A stretch of 64,000 bases of DNA. Source: Octopus bimaculoides (taxonomy: Eukaryota). Below are positions 51,201 through 64,000 of this stretch, one piece after another. The DNA lies in NCBI RefSeq assembly GCF_001194135.2, contig NC_068981.1:167711784-167775783 (forward strand). Direction: 5' to 3'. Under the pieces are notes generated by a model that was not told where the DNA came from, ran no database searches, and saw only the letters and a program-made list of their open reading frames with translations. The number at the start of each line of letters is the position of its first letter. Position 1 is the first letter of the stretch. A program made the translations under genes and the position numbers.

Positions 51201-51241
<41 letters not shown>

Positions 51242-54200
51242 NNNNNNNNNNAAATAAACAAAAGACGAAGACGGGTGTGTAAACAACAAACAGATGTATT
51301 AGCTAAACGCTCGGGAAGTGAGAAAGTCTTTTACAGAAAGGAACACAGAAATAAACAGGGATAGAAAATAAAATAAAAAAAGCTTTAGTGTCTAGCGATC
51401 AACCATGACGAATGTCTGACAGAGGTGGTCAGACAGGAGAGCTAGGATGAAGGAGAGATAATAAAGTAGCGATGATCCAAAAACGAAGGTGCGCATGCGT
51501 GTGTATGTGAGAGCGTGTATGTGCGTGTGGATAGGGGCTAGTGACCTTGACGTGTACGTGTGTGCATGTGTAGGCGTGTTGATGATGGTGTGGGCGCTGG
51601 GAAGTGGTCAGTGCTAGTGTGTGTGTGTGGTGTGGTATGGTGAAGTGTGGTGTGGTGGTATGTGGTGTGGTGGTGTTTGGTGTAGTGTGGTGGTGTTGGT
51701 GNNNNNNNNNNNNNNNNNNNNNNNNNNNNNNNNNNNNNNNNNNNNNNNNNNNNNNNNNNNNNNNNNNNNNNNNNNNNNNNNNNNNNNNNNNNNNNNNNNN
51801 NNNNNNNNNNNNNNNNNNNNNNNNNNNNNNNNNNNNNNNNNNNNNNNNNNNNNNNNNNNNNNNNNNNNNNNNNNNNNNNNNNNNNNNNNNNNNNNNNNNN
51901 NNNNNNNNGATGGGGTATGTGGAAGTGGAATGTGTTGGATGGGGTGGAGATGGGATGGTATGTATAGGGATGGTGGGGTTGGAATGTGAAGGGGTGGGTA
52001 ACGATGGAGGGGTGACGACGAAGGGAGAGGGTGAAAGGGAGAAAGTGGGTAGGAGTGAAGAGAGGAAATAGGTGTCAGAGCGAGAGAGGAGAGGAGAGGT
52101 TGGTGGGAGTGAAGGGAAGAAGTAGGTGTGAGAGGAAGAGAGGAGAGAGTAGGGGGGTTTAGATGAAGAGGGGAGGAGGGTTGAGCCCATGTAGCGCAAA
52201 AGAGCGAAGAGAGAAGATTAATTCTTGCTCACGGCGAAGACGGGAGTCCGGATGGCCCTTGTGCGAGGACAATCCGAACACAGACAGATGTAAAATATAC
52301 GTGTGTATATCCATACAAATATATATATTTGGCTAGCCACTTATTTCTTTTAACTAGATCGATTTTTTGTTACCTCCCTTTGTAATGGAACTCTGTGAGT
52401 TATTCTTCTTTCATACTATAAATGTCTGCCGGCTATAAATGTCAACTGACTTCACGTCACAGTAACGCGAGACCCATTTAACCAATTAATTGTGTTTTTC
52501 TTCTCCTCATAGTAGTATTTTGCATTTTTCATCCGTAATTAATTGCTGACTTTTATGAAAGCATTCCGAAGACTATTAAACTTACGTTGAAACTTCAAAC
52601 AATAGCTAATTGCTAAGCTATTACATTAGATAACTGCATGCACACATACATACACGTACACACACACACACAAACACTCGCACGGACACATACGCTCGCA
52701 CACACGTGTGTGTACGCGCCTGCATATAAGTGTGCATTAATAAATATTTATGCACAACATGGTATTTATTAAAAATCCAAGTTCTATTTTCAACTACTTG
52801 AAATACAGTATTTTAAACCTTGTACTATGCAAGTTTAAACAGATGTTACCATTTATTAATCTCGTTATTGTAGGCAGTAAAAATAACAAAGATTGCCCTG
52901 ACATGATTCCCGGTTCTATGATTGCTCATCTAAGAACAAGTATCCCTGACACTTCTCCTTACAATGAGAACCGATGTCAAATCGCTATATAAATCAAATA
53001 TAAACCAGAACTTTGCTCTAAGGACGATACTAATTGGTATACTCTGTGTTCATCGGTAGCGTGATTAAATAATTAATGCAGAATTATGGTCAACAACGGC
53101 GCGTGTTATAAAACCTAGGCTAAAATTAGAGTAATTAAATTATAGAATTTTCAAGCCTTCACTGTGCATCTTCATAACTGATATTGTACACAGAACGTCT
53201 GCCTGCGAAGACAACTTATAGTAAACCAAACACAAAACAGACCTTAACTCTAATGGCTATAATGATAGGCATACTGTATGTTCATCAGCGGTTTGATTAA
53301 ATAATTATATTTTACCACTTGTTTAGAGCTAATGGACTGCGATCATGCTGAGACATCATCTTAAAGGTCTTAGTTAAACTCCAATACTTAGTTGTTTTTT
53401 TTAAAGCCTGGTATACATTCTATCAGTCTCTTCTGCCTAACTTACAGGGACTTAAAGAAACAAGCATTAGTTTCAAGCGATGGTGAAGCCCAAATACAAA
53501 GTAAACTCATATATATAAGGCTTTAATTCTACACACGTCAGCTTAATTTAATTCGTCCTTAGTTGACACCTGTTGTTATGTCCTGTTACTTGTATTTGTG
53601 TAACCTTCTCCGTTTTCTTTAGTCCTTGTTTTCCTATACATTCGCTGCTTTCTTCCAAGGAATCTAATGCTCTTAGCTTAGTTTTTCCTTGGGGCTGGCC
53701 AGATTGGAGCAATCTCGAGTATAACCAGCCGAAATTGCAAAGATCATTTGGAACTCGACTGAGGAAAGAAAATTCCGAATGACCTGTCCTTGTTTTCTTT
53801 GTATCGTCTATCTGGATATTTTTGTTGTCCCTTTCTTGTATCGCCTAACTGTCTGGATGTTTTGCGTTCTTGTCCCATTTTGTATTTTCATATATATGCG
53901 CGCGCGCGCATACAAATTTATACACATGCATACACACACACACACACATATACANNNNNNNNNNNNNNNNNNNNNNNNNNNNNNNNNNNNNNNNNNNNNN
54001 NNNNNNNNNNNNNNGTAGAAGACACCTGCTCAAGGCGTCGCGAAGTAGGACTAAACTCAAGAGCATATAGCTGGAAAGCAAGCTTATAACTGCACAATCA
54101 CAATTGCGCCTATCCACTCGTATGCACAACACTGCGTGTATTAGATATCTAAGATGAATTTTTATTCATTTTTTAATCATGCCGCTGGCGAAACGATGCA

Positions 54201-54280
54201 AATTAGTTAACTCGTTACAGCTAAGTTTTGATTCGTGCTTTCCTAGCGATTCTCCACGAGTTCTCTTTGTAGACAGTACG

Positions 54281-54318
<38 letters not shown>

Positions 54319-54404
54319 ACGTAAATATGTAAGTACGTATGTACATACATACATGTACGTAGGCATATATGCAAGTATGTATGCATGTATGCGTGCATGT
54401 ATTT

Positions 54405-54525
54405 ATGTTCTTTTTTGTTTTTAATTATTTAAATTCTTTAAAGAAGGAGCTGGTTTCTAACAAAGATACAAATCTCCACCGTTGAAATGTAGATAACGAA
54501 AACAATATCATATTTTAAACCTGAG
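54405..54525 (-). mobile_element. ~120-bp 3'UTR stub of the (CATA)n-associated LINE, inside (TATG)-like repeats
   Basis: TAATTATTTAAATTCTTTAAAGAAGGAGCTGGTTTCTAACAAAGATACAAATCTCCACCGTTGAAATG aligns with 7480-7550. Confidence 0.75.
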
Positions 54526-55274
54526 AATTATGTATGCATGCATGTGCGCATGTATGTATGTATTTCTCTGAGCTCGCCTGCGTTTGTAATTTTGTGATCG
54601 TCTTGGTTGTTCTGGGGTGATGGTCGGGGCTTATATAATAAAGTGAATTTTCAATAGTTTGGAACTCTAATAATTCGCCATGAATGGGCTATGAATATAT
54701 AAATATTTTAGCACATAAACATATGGATTCGCTGCAGTTTTTAAGGACATGTTGGTTATGGGTATGTTTCATTGTAATCCATTGTTGAATACTGCAGTTT
54801 ATTGTAGTTACACAGAGAATGGAAAAAGGAATTTTCATTTATTTTGCTTTCTCTTATCGATCAGGTGGAAGGACACGCTTTCTTCGAAAAGCGAACTTGA
54901 TCACCCTTATGATTGATTAGAAGAGGTGTGCCGATCTATTTATGGGCAAACAATATTCCGTCAAGGAACTATAGCACGTACTGAATCTAAACAATATCTA
55001 AAGACTGAATAAGTTTCTTCGTGTTACGATGTCCAATTGTGAAATGCATTCATGATGCAGCTTGCACTAAGAAGTTGACTATTCCTAAACTAAATCGCAA
55101 TCATGAATCGTTCTAGTGTAGACCTGCCATTCTGTTGTGGTCGTAGCTCTTCCTACTGCAGCAACTGTTATTGTTATCGTTGTTATTTAACCCCAGGCCA
55201 ATTTTGATCGAACAAGCATGCAATCAAAAGCGCTGCTGATTTCGCCATCCTCTCTTATTTCTCGAAATGGCTGC

Positions 55275-55420
55275 AGGGTAGTTAAAAGATTAGCCTCGTG
55301 GTTTCGGTTTCAGTCCCACTGCACGAGTGACTTCTACTATAGCTCCAGGCCGAGCAATACCTTGTGGGTGAATTTGGTCGGCAAGGGGGACCGAGTGGAA
55401 GTCCGCCGTGTATATACATG
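55275..55420 (+). mobile_element. SINE family C (degenerate)
   Basis: GGTTTCAGTCCCACTGCACGAGTGACTTCTACTATAGCTCCAGGCCGAGCAATACCTTGTGGGTGAATTTGG. Confidence 0.7.
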
Positions 55421-55457
55421 TGCAAAGACAGACAGGCAGACAGACAGAAAGACAGAC

Positions 55458-55510
<53 letters not shown>

Positions 55511-56126
55511 CATTTCTTTTATTAGCCACACAGGGCTCAACGAAGATGGGNNNNNNNNNNNNNNNNNNNNNNNNNNNNNNNNNNNNNNNNNNNNNNNNNN
55601 NNNNNNNNNNNNNNNNNNNNNNNNNNNNNNNNNNNNNNNNNNNNNNNNNNNNNNNNNNNNNNNNNNNNNNNNNNNNNNNNNNNNNNNNNNNNNNNNNNNN
55701 NNNNNNNNNNNNNNNNNNNNNNNNNNNNNNNNNNNNNNNNNNNNNNNNNNNNNNNNNNNNNNNNNNNNNNNNNNNNNNNNNNNNNNNNNNNNNNNNNNNN
55801 NNNNNNNNNNNNNNNNNNNNNNNNNNNNNNNNNNNNNNNNNNNNNNNNNNNNNNNNNNNNNNNNNNNNNNNNNNNNNNNNNNNNNNNNNNNNNNNNNNNN
55901 NNNNNNNNNNNNNNNNNNNNNNNNNNNNNNNNNNNNNNNNNNNNNNNNNNNNNNNNNNNNNNNNNNNNNNNNNNNNNNNNNNNNNNNNNNNNNNNNNNNN
56001 NNNNNNNNNNNNNNNNNNNNNNNNNNNNNNNNNNNNNNNNNNNNNNNNNNNNNNNNNNNNNNNNNNNNNNNNNNNNNNNNNNNAAAAAAAAAAAAAATTG
56101 GTGGTGTCGATCAAAAGGGATCGTAG

Positions 56127-56149
<23 letters not shown>

Positions 56150-56158
<9 letters not shown>

Positions 56159-56335
56159 CGGGTGTTGATTCGATCACGTCTCCGAAACCTAGCAGTTCGA
56201 CAAAGAAGTGACTGATAGAATAAATACCAGTTTTCATAAAAATACGTACTGGGTTCAATTTGTTTGAGCGATACCCTTAAGGCAGTGTCCCAGCATGGCC
56301 GCATTCCAGTAACTGAAACAAGTAAAAGATAAAAA
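56150..56335 (-). mobile_element. SINE-like family D
   Basis: CCTAGCAGTTCGACAAAGAAGTGACTGATAG...CTGGGTTCAATTTGTTTGAG...CCCAGCATGGCCGCA. Confidence 0.65.
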
Positions 56336-56392
56336 ATATATAGTCATTTTTTTTGTTTTCTTAAACTCATCATAACGGCATCACCTGTAAAA

Positions 56393-56432
<40 letters not shown>

Positions 56433-56527
56433 GAATTTCCACAAAGAAAAAACGGAGATGGAAGTAATTTTCAAAAGTTGGTGGAATGAAAAATATGGCA
56501 TTGTTGTTATGGGTGGTAAAGTTATTT

Positions 56528-56750
56528 TAATATTCTTTTTTACTCTAGGCACAAGGCCCTAAATTTTGGGGGAGGGGGGCAGTCGATTAGATCGACCCCA
56601 GTCCACAACTGGTACTTAATTTATCGACCCCGAAAGGATGAAAGGCAAAGTCGACCTCAGCAGAATTTGTACTCAGAATGTGAAGACAGACGAAATACCG
56701 CTAAGCATTTCGCCTGGCGTGCTAACGTTTCTGCCAGCTCTCTGCCTTAA
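56528..56750 (-). mobile_element. Near full-length family A SINE
   Basis: GGCACAAGGCCCTAAATT...CGACCCCGAAAGGATGAAAGGCAAAGTCGACCTCAGC...GTGCTAACGTTTCTGCCAGCTC. Confidence 0.85.
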
Positions 56751-56899
56751 AGTTCTTTTAATATTGTTTAGAGAGCTTGTTGAGCGTAGAACTTAGAACG
56801 TAATAGAGGCGTGTTGACGCTAATTTCAAAGAATAAACTGTTGAAGACTGCAAAGAATATGTATTCTAACAGTTAAAGCGAAGCATTCCCAATCAGCGA

Positions 56900-57240
56900 T
56901 CTTATTTAAAATCTTGACAGGACCTTCCCATTTAGTTGTCGCAGCTATTATTATCACAGAAGATCTCTAAGTGATGGAGAATGTATTACAGAAGCTTTTG
57001 TGAACTGTGCACCATTTTCTTGAGTAACTTATATAGAGTTTGTGATAAAGCGTGTGAATAAGTTAGCTATCAGTAGAAATACTGTTAAAGACAGATTTAT
57101 AAAACTGAATACTAACATACACTATCAGATCCAAGAACACTTAAATACTTGCAACTTTTTCCATTTGTATTGGTGTCACTGCTGATATAACAACATCAAC
57201 TCGGTTAGCTATTTATCATTGCATGATATTTTCACAGTGG
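56900..57240 (+). pseudogene. hAT (Buster/SPIN/GTF2IRD2-like) transposase fragment
   Basis: SDGECITEAFVNCA...KLAISRNTVKDRFIKL...IQEHLN.C.FF...DIT.ST.LAI matches the DGEF.KE...LSR.TV.RRI...FSL.LDESTDI..AQL pattern; frameshifted. Confidence 0.7.
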
Positions 57241-57331
57241 TTCTATTCATGTTGAATCGATAAAGCTAGAGAATTTGCTTTAAAGTGCACTCGGTAGAAA
57301 TAGACAGACAGACAGACAGACAGGTAGATAA

Positions 57332-57391
<60 letters not shown>

Positions 57392-58179
57392 GTACATATA
57401 TCTGCACACGTTGTTCAAATGGATTGTGAAAAAATTTGAGAGACACAAATGAGGCTGACCCAGAATGGAGATAGCATGTTATTTAAGAAGTCGCGAATAG
57501 TGATATAAGAATTTTCATCAACAAAGCTGCGTGATTGATTAACCGATTTATTAATCAAACAAATCAATTGGTTAATTGGTTAAATAATCAACCGATTGAC
57601 GAATAATGAAGAAGTGAAATAGAACCAGTGCGTATGCTTATTATTGGCGAAATGACCTTACCGAGATACAGCGACAAAGATAATAAAGTTTGTTAAAAAT
57701 AGTTTTAGTTACAATTAATGCTGTCCTTTATATGGTAAGCAAAAATGTTTCTAAAACAATTTACAGAAGTTGTTCATTTCTTTATCTTTTTTCCGTAGTT
57801 CTTCCCCAACCCAATCAATGTGTTCTTGATTTTAGCCAATGAAGTAAAAACAAGCGTCGGAAACAGAATCGATAATGACTTGAGTACACTTATGTAGCAT
57901 TAAAATGTATGCGCTGTCTTCCTATCTATGAAGTAACACTTTTCTTTAACTCACCAGCAAATCTCAACAAGAAAACAGTTTTATTGTTTAGATGATAGAT
58001 AGCTTTCCAAGAGAAATTCAAGTGTATTCTATTATCAGTTAAACCGAATATATCTCTATTAAAAACAAATCTGAGTCAAGTAAATTTATTTTTCAGCTTG
58101 AGCAACGTCGAGTATTCTGTTGGTGTGCGTGTGCGTGCGTGTGTGCATGTGTAAATAGAAAATAGTGATGCGAATGCCG

Positions 58180-58409
58180 AATGATCCGAATTATAGTTCA
58201 GAATTTCATTATGTGCAACTGCTGTTTTCAGACCGTAAATACAACCATCATCAGCCATTAATCATCACGGAGCTTCCTAACGAAATGGCTTATTCATCGC
58301 ATTCAAACTAATTAGTCATAATGTTTAGTGGTTGATGATGTTCGTATTTATGGCGTCGAAACGGCTGTAGAGCATACTAGCGAAATTTCGAAATATCGTT
58401 CGGATCATT
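58180..58409. repeat. Inverted pair of ~80-bp homologous hammerhead-like Penelope-type repeats
   Basis: Minus 58180-58256 GGCTGATGATGGTTGTATTTACGGTCTGAAAACAGCAGT...TTCGGATCATT aligns with plus 58330-58409 GGTTGATGATGTTCGTATTTATGGCGTCGAAACGGCTGT...TTCGGATCATT. Confidence 0.7.
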
Positions 58410-58764
58410 GATTTTTATTCTTCTACATATTTTGCTCTGAATATTCGTTTTTGCCAATTTTAACTCTATGTAAAGTTATTCTTGTTAAAATTAGTGCGTA
58501 GAAACAATAATATATTGAAGTTTAATATGTGAAACATTCGAGCTTTTAAACTCAGTGGATATATAAATTTTTATATTGCTAAAGCAATAATTTTACACGC
58601 GTACACAGACGCGCGCGCGCACATATACACATACATACATACATGCATACATACAAACACTGACACACATATATACATATATCCATACACACACACATAC
58701 ATATATATATATGTATACACATACATACACTTATATATATATATATGTATACACATACATACAG

Positions 58765-58810
<46 letters not shown>

Positions 58811-59185
58811 ATACTTACACATATACAGACGCTCCCACGCGTACTTTCATGCTCACATACACACATATATGATTTTGTGCCTAGCGAATATTGATGTATA
58901 ATATTTGACATCGGATAAGGAAAATATTATCACTAGAATTTTCAGCTTCTAATAAAATATCTATGTATGCTATCTGCATGAGACAGTCTGTTTCCGTTCG
59001 GTCTCAATTATTTTTATGAATGTCTTCATCGGATCCAAGATATGCATTTTAACTTAGAGGTCACCAATTTAGCCATACCGGAGAAAGTTAATAGGGATAT
59101 TCTTCCTCGTACACACACATATTGTTTCATGTACCCACATTCAAGGTAATGTATGTATATATATATGTGTGTGTGTGTGTGTGTA

Positions 59186-59219
<34 letters not shown>

Positions 59220-59859
59220 ATATGTAAAGTTAAGATCCAAGGATCAAGGTGTAGGAAGTTAATAAGCTTCGAACAGTCCGTAGAAGGTATTTAAAAAAAC
59301 AACTTTCAGGAACATTAGTGGTTTTTTGACTTAAAAAGTTGTAAATTTTTCCCTTATCGAAGTTCGATAAGCTGAAAAAAGTTATTTTATAGTTTACGGT
59401 TAGCAACTGGGGTTGCCATGTATGCGAATAAAAATCTCAATTTAGCGTACGGAAAAGATAAAGTCCAGACTACACATGTTTCATAGTTAGTAGAACCTCG
59501 AAAGTAGTAATTACCCAAACGAGGGGTGCTCCGCTAGCTACTCATCAGGCCAAAGATACCTTAGTCAAATGAAGGTTACATTGTCATCAAGGGATCTTAT
59601 GTTAACTCGCGTTATATATATATATATACACATACATATATCAGTATGGCCTTCGTCTCTGCTTTTGGTTTAGATTTTAGACTTTAGCTTTTCGAAGTCA
59701 AATCCAATATTCTTGTGGATGATTTCGTTGCTGCCGATATAATCAAATATAATCAATTTGCCATGTTCACCTTTTGTACAATCATTGTCAACAAGAGTGT
59801 ATGCAGCAAGCCTTGTTCTGATTTGGAAGTATAGCGGGTAGCATTAATAACTACCTTCT

Positions 59860-60520
59860 TAAACTGCACCGTCGAAATTGATACATCGATTAGATGACAT
59901 TTCGTTTCCTCGTGTCTTTGACAATATAATTGCTGTGCGATTTGCCTTAATTTTCATGTCTATATAAATCAATATGGTGATTTACAATATGGTCACTTTG
60001 ACATTTTGTGAAACCTTTAACAGAGTCTACAACTATTATGGGTATTCCATAATGTTTGCAAAGTTTCCAGTGTATGAAAGCTACAATTCTCCTTTGTCTG
60101 CATTTACGAGACATTCCTTTTCGGCCTAGACTATGCAACCAAAAACAATGCGACACATTCTCTGTAGTTACGTTTTGAATTGCGCTTCATTATCGTTTAG
60201 ATTTACTTTATTGCCTTATAAATGGTGTGATTGGTCTTGTAATATTTCTACTGCGTTTTGAATGTTCATTTATTGCATGTTTTATTGCGTTTCGCTTGCA
60301 TTGTTAATTTATTCCTGTTGTAGAGATTTGTGTGTTTTATATGTAATGGATTCCACTGTAAATTTTTAAGTGCTCTATATGTGAAGGAGTCTGTTGTAGA
60401 GTCAGGTGATTTTTACGTGATGTGTGTTGTAAATTCTTATGCATTTTATATGTAATGGATTCTGTTGTGGAACCTTATGCGTTTTATATCAGATGGATTT
60501 ACTTGGATTGTGGTAAGTTA
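59860..60520 (-). mobile_element. Highly degenerate R4/Dong-like LINE (CCHC/RLE region)
   Basis: QDQS; ENVSH; IVAFIHWKLCKHYGI; ETKCHLIDVSI. Confidence 0.65.
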
Positions 60521-62559
60521 TCTTTGTTATGTGTAGTCGGATGTTTTGTTCATTTTCGGTTGATAATCTTCTGTTCTATTTGAAATTTTGTTTTAACATT
60601 GTTTATCATTATAACTCAGTTTTTTGTTGCTGTTTTTCTTCATAATTTATGTCTCTTTAGAGTTCTTGTGTTGATGTGTTAGAGGAACGCAACATCAACA
60701 CATCACTGCAGTGTTTATTTGCCCAACTTGTAGAGTAATATTAAACAGCTGGTGTCATACGAAGGACAAGTTCAACTATCAGCTGAGTTCATGTTAAGGA
60801 TCTTTAGGCCTCCTTCCTTTATCCAGGAAGGTCAAGTACTCTTCTTTTATTTCGCATTCCCTATTTGATTTCAGATCTAGCATGAAATGAAAGTAAGATT
60901 TTCATTGCATGCTTTCCGCATTAGTCAAAACCCTTTGTTTTCAGCGTTTATTTTCGTGCTTTTCAGCGGATACTGCGTTTTTACTTTACCCGCTTCTGTT
61001 TTACTCATTTCTAGCGGTTATTGATCTTCCTAATGTAATACAATAAAATTTTATAATCCTTTGTCAATTTAGTATTTATATTTGTAATAGTTTTTGGAGT
61101 TGGGTCTCCATTCCCTTCTTCTTAGCTCTCTGTAACTGTAACCTCTTATTTATTATTTGTTGGCGTCCTCGAAAAGCAAAAGCAGTTTTATTTTTTTTTT
61201 CGTTTTGTTCATGTTTCGTAGCTCTCCTTACTCGCGTCTCTTGCTTTTCATTATAGAATTTTGTAGTCCTACGTTAAATATCTAATAATCGCTTTCTAGA
61301 TATAACATTAAACTATTCTTTAAATTACCCTCTACCATCTTAAAAACAAACAGATATCATTAGCAAATGAATTCTTTGGTGCCCTATATCTAGAAACAAC
61401 GCTGAAATCACCAAACTTGTAATGGTTTGGATAACAGGCGGCTTGTAGCCTAAACAACATCCACTACTGTTCATACAATCAATAAGGTGCGTTAATATGC
61501 TTACTGGTTTTGCTGTAACGTCTATTCTTTCCTTCGTTGCTTTCCAGGACATTGTCAACTGGAGACCTTGAAGTAATCATTGTGAGTCAATAAAACTCTC
61601 CAATAATATATTGCACCTGATAATTACAACAGTGAACTGCACCCCGCTGTGTGATGTACATTTTAGTCAGAAAGAAGGGTTGGCATCATTAAAGAATTGA
61701 CCCACTTCGTACCAGTTCTAATTGTTGTAGCTGTATTGTTGATTACCCTCAGGTCTGTACTGATTGAGTAGATATATGATAAACAGGATACTAGTAACAT
61801 AATAGGGAAACACGACTAAATATTTGGGTTACTGTTCTTGCTGCTGTTATCGGTTTTGCCTTTAGTGTTTGTCTATGAATTATATAGTGATTTATTGTTG
61901 CAGTCTTTGATAATTAATTAATTAATTATGTTTGTATGTATTTGACGAATGAGGGGGAAGTGTGCTCATGATTTTGCAGACTTCTGCAAAGTGGTGAAGT
62001 CGGTGTGGTTGATTGATAACTGCCTTTAACTTTCTACATGATAGTGTCTTTAGAGAAAACATTATCGGAGAAGAAAATCCTGAAGAATTGCGATCTTAAG
62101 AAGAAGACTTGTATTATGGGTTTTGTGCGATATTCGGATTTTTCTGTGTTCATGTATGTTGTTGGTTGGAAAGCACGCGCTGAGGATGACTGAAAGCTGA
62201 TAAATCAGTGAATCATAAGAGATGATTTTGTAGTTATTGCTGCTGTTCTCTTTGATATGCTGGTTTCGATACACAAACAAAATATTTTAATATCATTAAG
62301 TGAAGTAAATGACAAAAGCTGATGTCTTCGAAAAGAGAACAAATAGAAAGAAAAACAAATTGTCAAAAGTTTGAAATTTATGGCGTAACCATCCTCCTAG
62401 AATGACGAGATTTTTTTCTTTTTCTTTTACCATTCGCACCATAATGTCCTAAATTTGATTCCTACCGAAGTCGAATTTAATTTTCGCTTTTCTGATTTGT
62501 CAAGAAAACAAATACCTTGCATTGCGCCTTCAATACCTGATAGAAATGTGACATAAGTC

Positions 62560-62780
62560 GTGACGGCACAGGTATTTTTAGACCTAGTGCGGCCCATCCT
62601 TCGTCGGGCCTGACAACGGTCGATTTCTTCTAGAAATTGAAACAGTAGCAAAAAGAGAAGAATCGACGGGTACTTTATCACCCTTCAAAGGATGTAAGGC
62701 AAAGCTGATCTCGGAAGGATTTGAACTCAGACTGTAAAAAAGTCGGAAAGATGCCACAAAACTCTATCCGACATTTTAAA
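62560..62780 (-). mobile_element. Degenerate family A SINE (another at 37705-37900)
   Basis: ATCGACGGGTACTTTATCACCCTTCAAAGGATGTAAGGCAAAGCTGATCTCGGAAGGATTTGAACTCAGA. Confidence 0.6.
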
Positions 62781-63352
62781 GATACAGCAAGCTGACCTAC
62801 CAGTTAAGGACCAGGCTCATCAGCAATGGCCAAAATAATTTTTACTCTGTTCCTAAGATTGACATAAGTATTAAATTATTGTCATTTATATCGCTCTTTC
62901 GAATGAAAGTGACATAGCCAGACACGTTTGTAACCGACTGGTGGAGCTAATATCTTCTGTAATAGCAACTTCATCATCGTACACTGCAGAACCGAACAGA
63001 ATGATGTAATGTACGAACTTACGTAATAACTAACACTTCGTGTCTCGTAAACATAGCTTTGCATTAAGTAAGTTAATGGTAACAAAAAGCTTACTTGAAA
63101 TATGAATATATATATATATATATATCAGGTGAGGTTGTGTTAAAGCGGAGATTTTATCGAATCACAAAGTCTTTTACATTTCTTTTACATTTCTTGCAGT
63201 AGGAAAGTAGAATACTTTAAAACTAAAATTGACTATTTCGAAGACACCATCCACATAAAAAATATTTGCTGTTGACATACATAATGCATGGAATATTAAA
63301 ATCTGGCTATAAATCAATATGCAGTGAAGAAGACGAATTTGAGTCTACGACT

Positions 63353-63406
<54 letters not shown>

Positions 63407-63960
63407 TGTTTTTTTCCAACAAATCTTTGGGATAACACGGGAATGTTTTAATTTTAATAACACTTTATTAGAGAAATACAACCGAATTAATTATATCAAT
63501 GCTATATGATTTTCGTAAAAGAAATGAAACGATACAGAACGAGCAGAACGACCAGAAATATTTGTAATATATGAATATTCATATATCTTTCAGAATAGCT
63601 ATAAACGAATTAACATATTAAAAGTGCTCACTTTTGCTAAGAAAGTGCTAAACATTATATTGAATTACATATGTATGATTATAAGACCGCTCTTCCTCTA
63701 CTAATGTTTCTATATGTAACATAAAATTCAGAGTGCGCAAACTCTGGAGCCTGAAGCAAATGTTTAGAAATAACATTGCTTCCAGTATATTTAGATGTTT
63801 CACTGTGCACATATTTTAATAGCTTTGACACAGAATATCGAGAACTATTGTGATATCAACAGCTATACAGCATGAAGATTAACCACTTTATACATATTGT
63901 AAGTTTGAATTTAACATATAGTTCCTAAATATTCAACAGTAGTGACTATATTCACTGTGA

Positions 63961-64000
<40 letters not shown>

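Noticed and set aside
51429-52199. Pro/Ser/His-rich 256-aa ORF
   Set aside because: It comes from GA- and GT-rich low-complexity sequence spanning a gap.
58165-58310. Short ORF MPNDPNYSSEFHYVQLLFSD...EMAYSSHSN with ITIM-like tyrosine motifs
   Set aside because: It overlaps the antisense strand of the hammerhead-bearing repeat, has an in-frame stop just upstream and has no good acceptor.

Overview
AT-rich, repeat-saturated animal genomic DNA from a gapped draft assembly (15 N-runs, about 6.9 kb in total). The SINE and microsatellite landscape resembles octopus (cephalopod) DNA; this is an inference, not a database match. There is no intact long gene. The window holds dense di-, tri- and tetranucleotide microsatellites and at least four SINE families, many stacked or nested. 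It also holds decayed R4/Dong-like (RLE) LINEs, an APE-type LINE, an RTE fragment and Penelope-like remnants. DNA transposons are an internally deleted IR/DR Tc1 element with both ends and a TA TSD, a mariner MITE, two hAT MITEs and a hAT transposase relic. A few short candidate host exons have good splice signals. The most notable signals are (i) many hammerhead-ribozyme-like cores, including a 299-nt tandem pair and an inverted pair; (ii) an RLE-LINE family repeatedly tied to (CATA)n tracts; (iii) an unexplained diverged 342-bp tandem duplication with conserved islands and hairpins; (iv) frame-preserving micro-exon candidates. SINE family labels A-D are my own working names.
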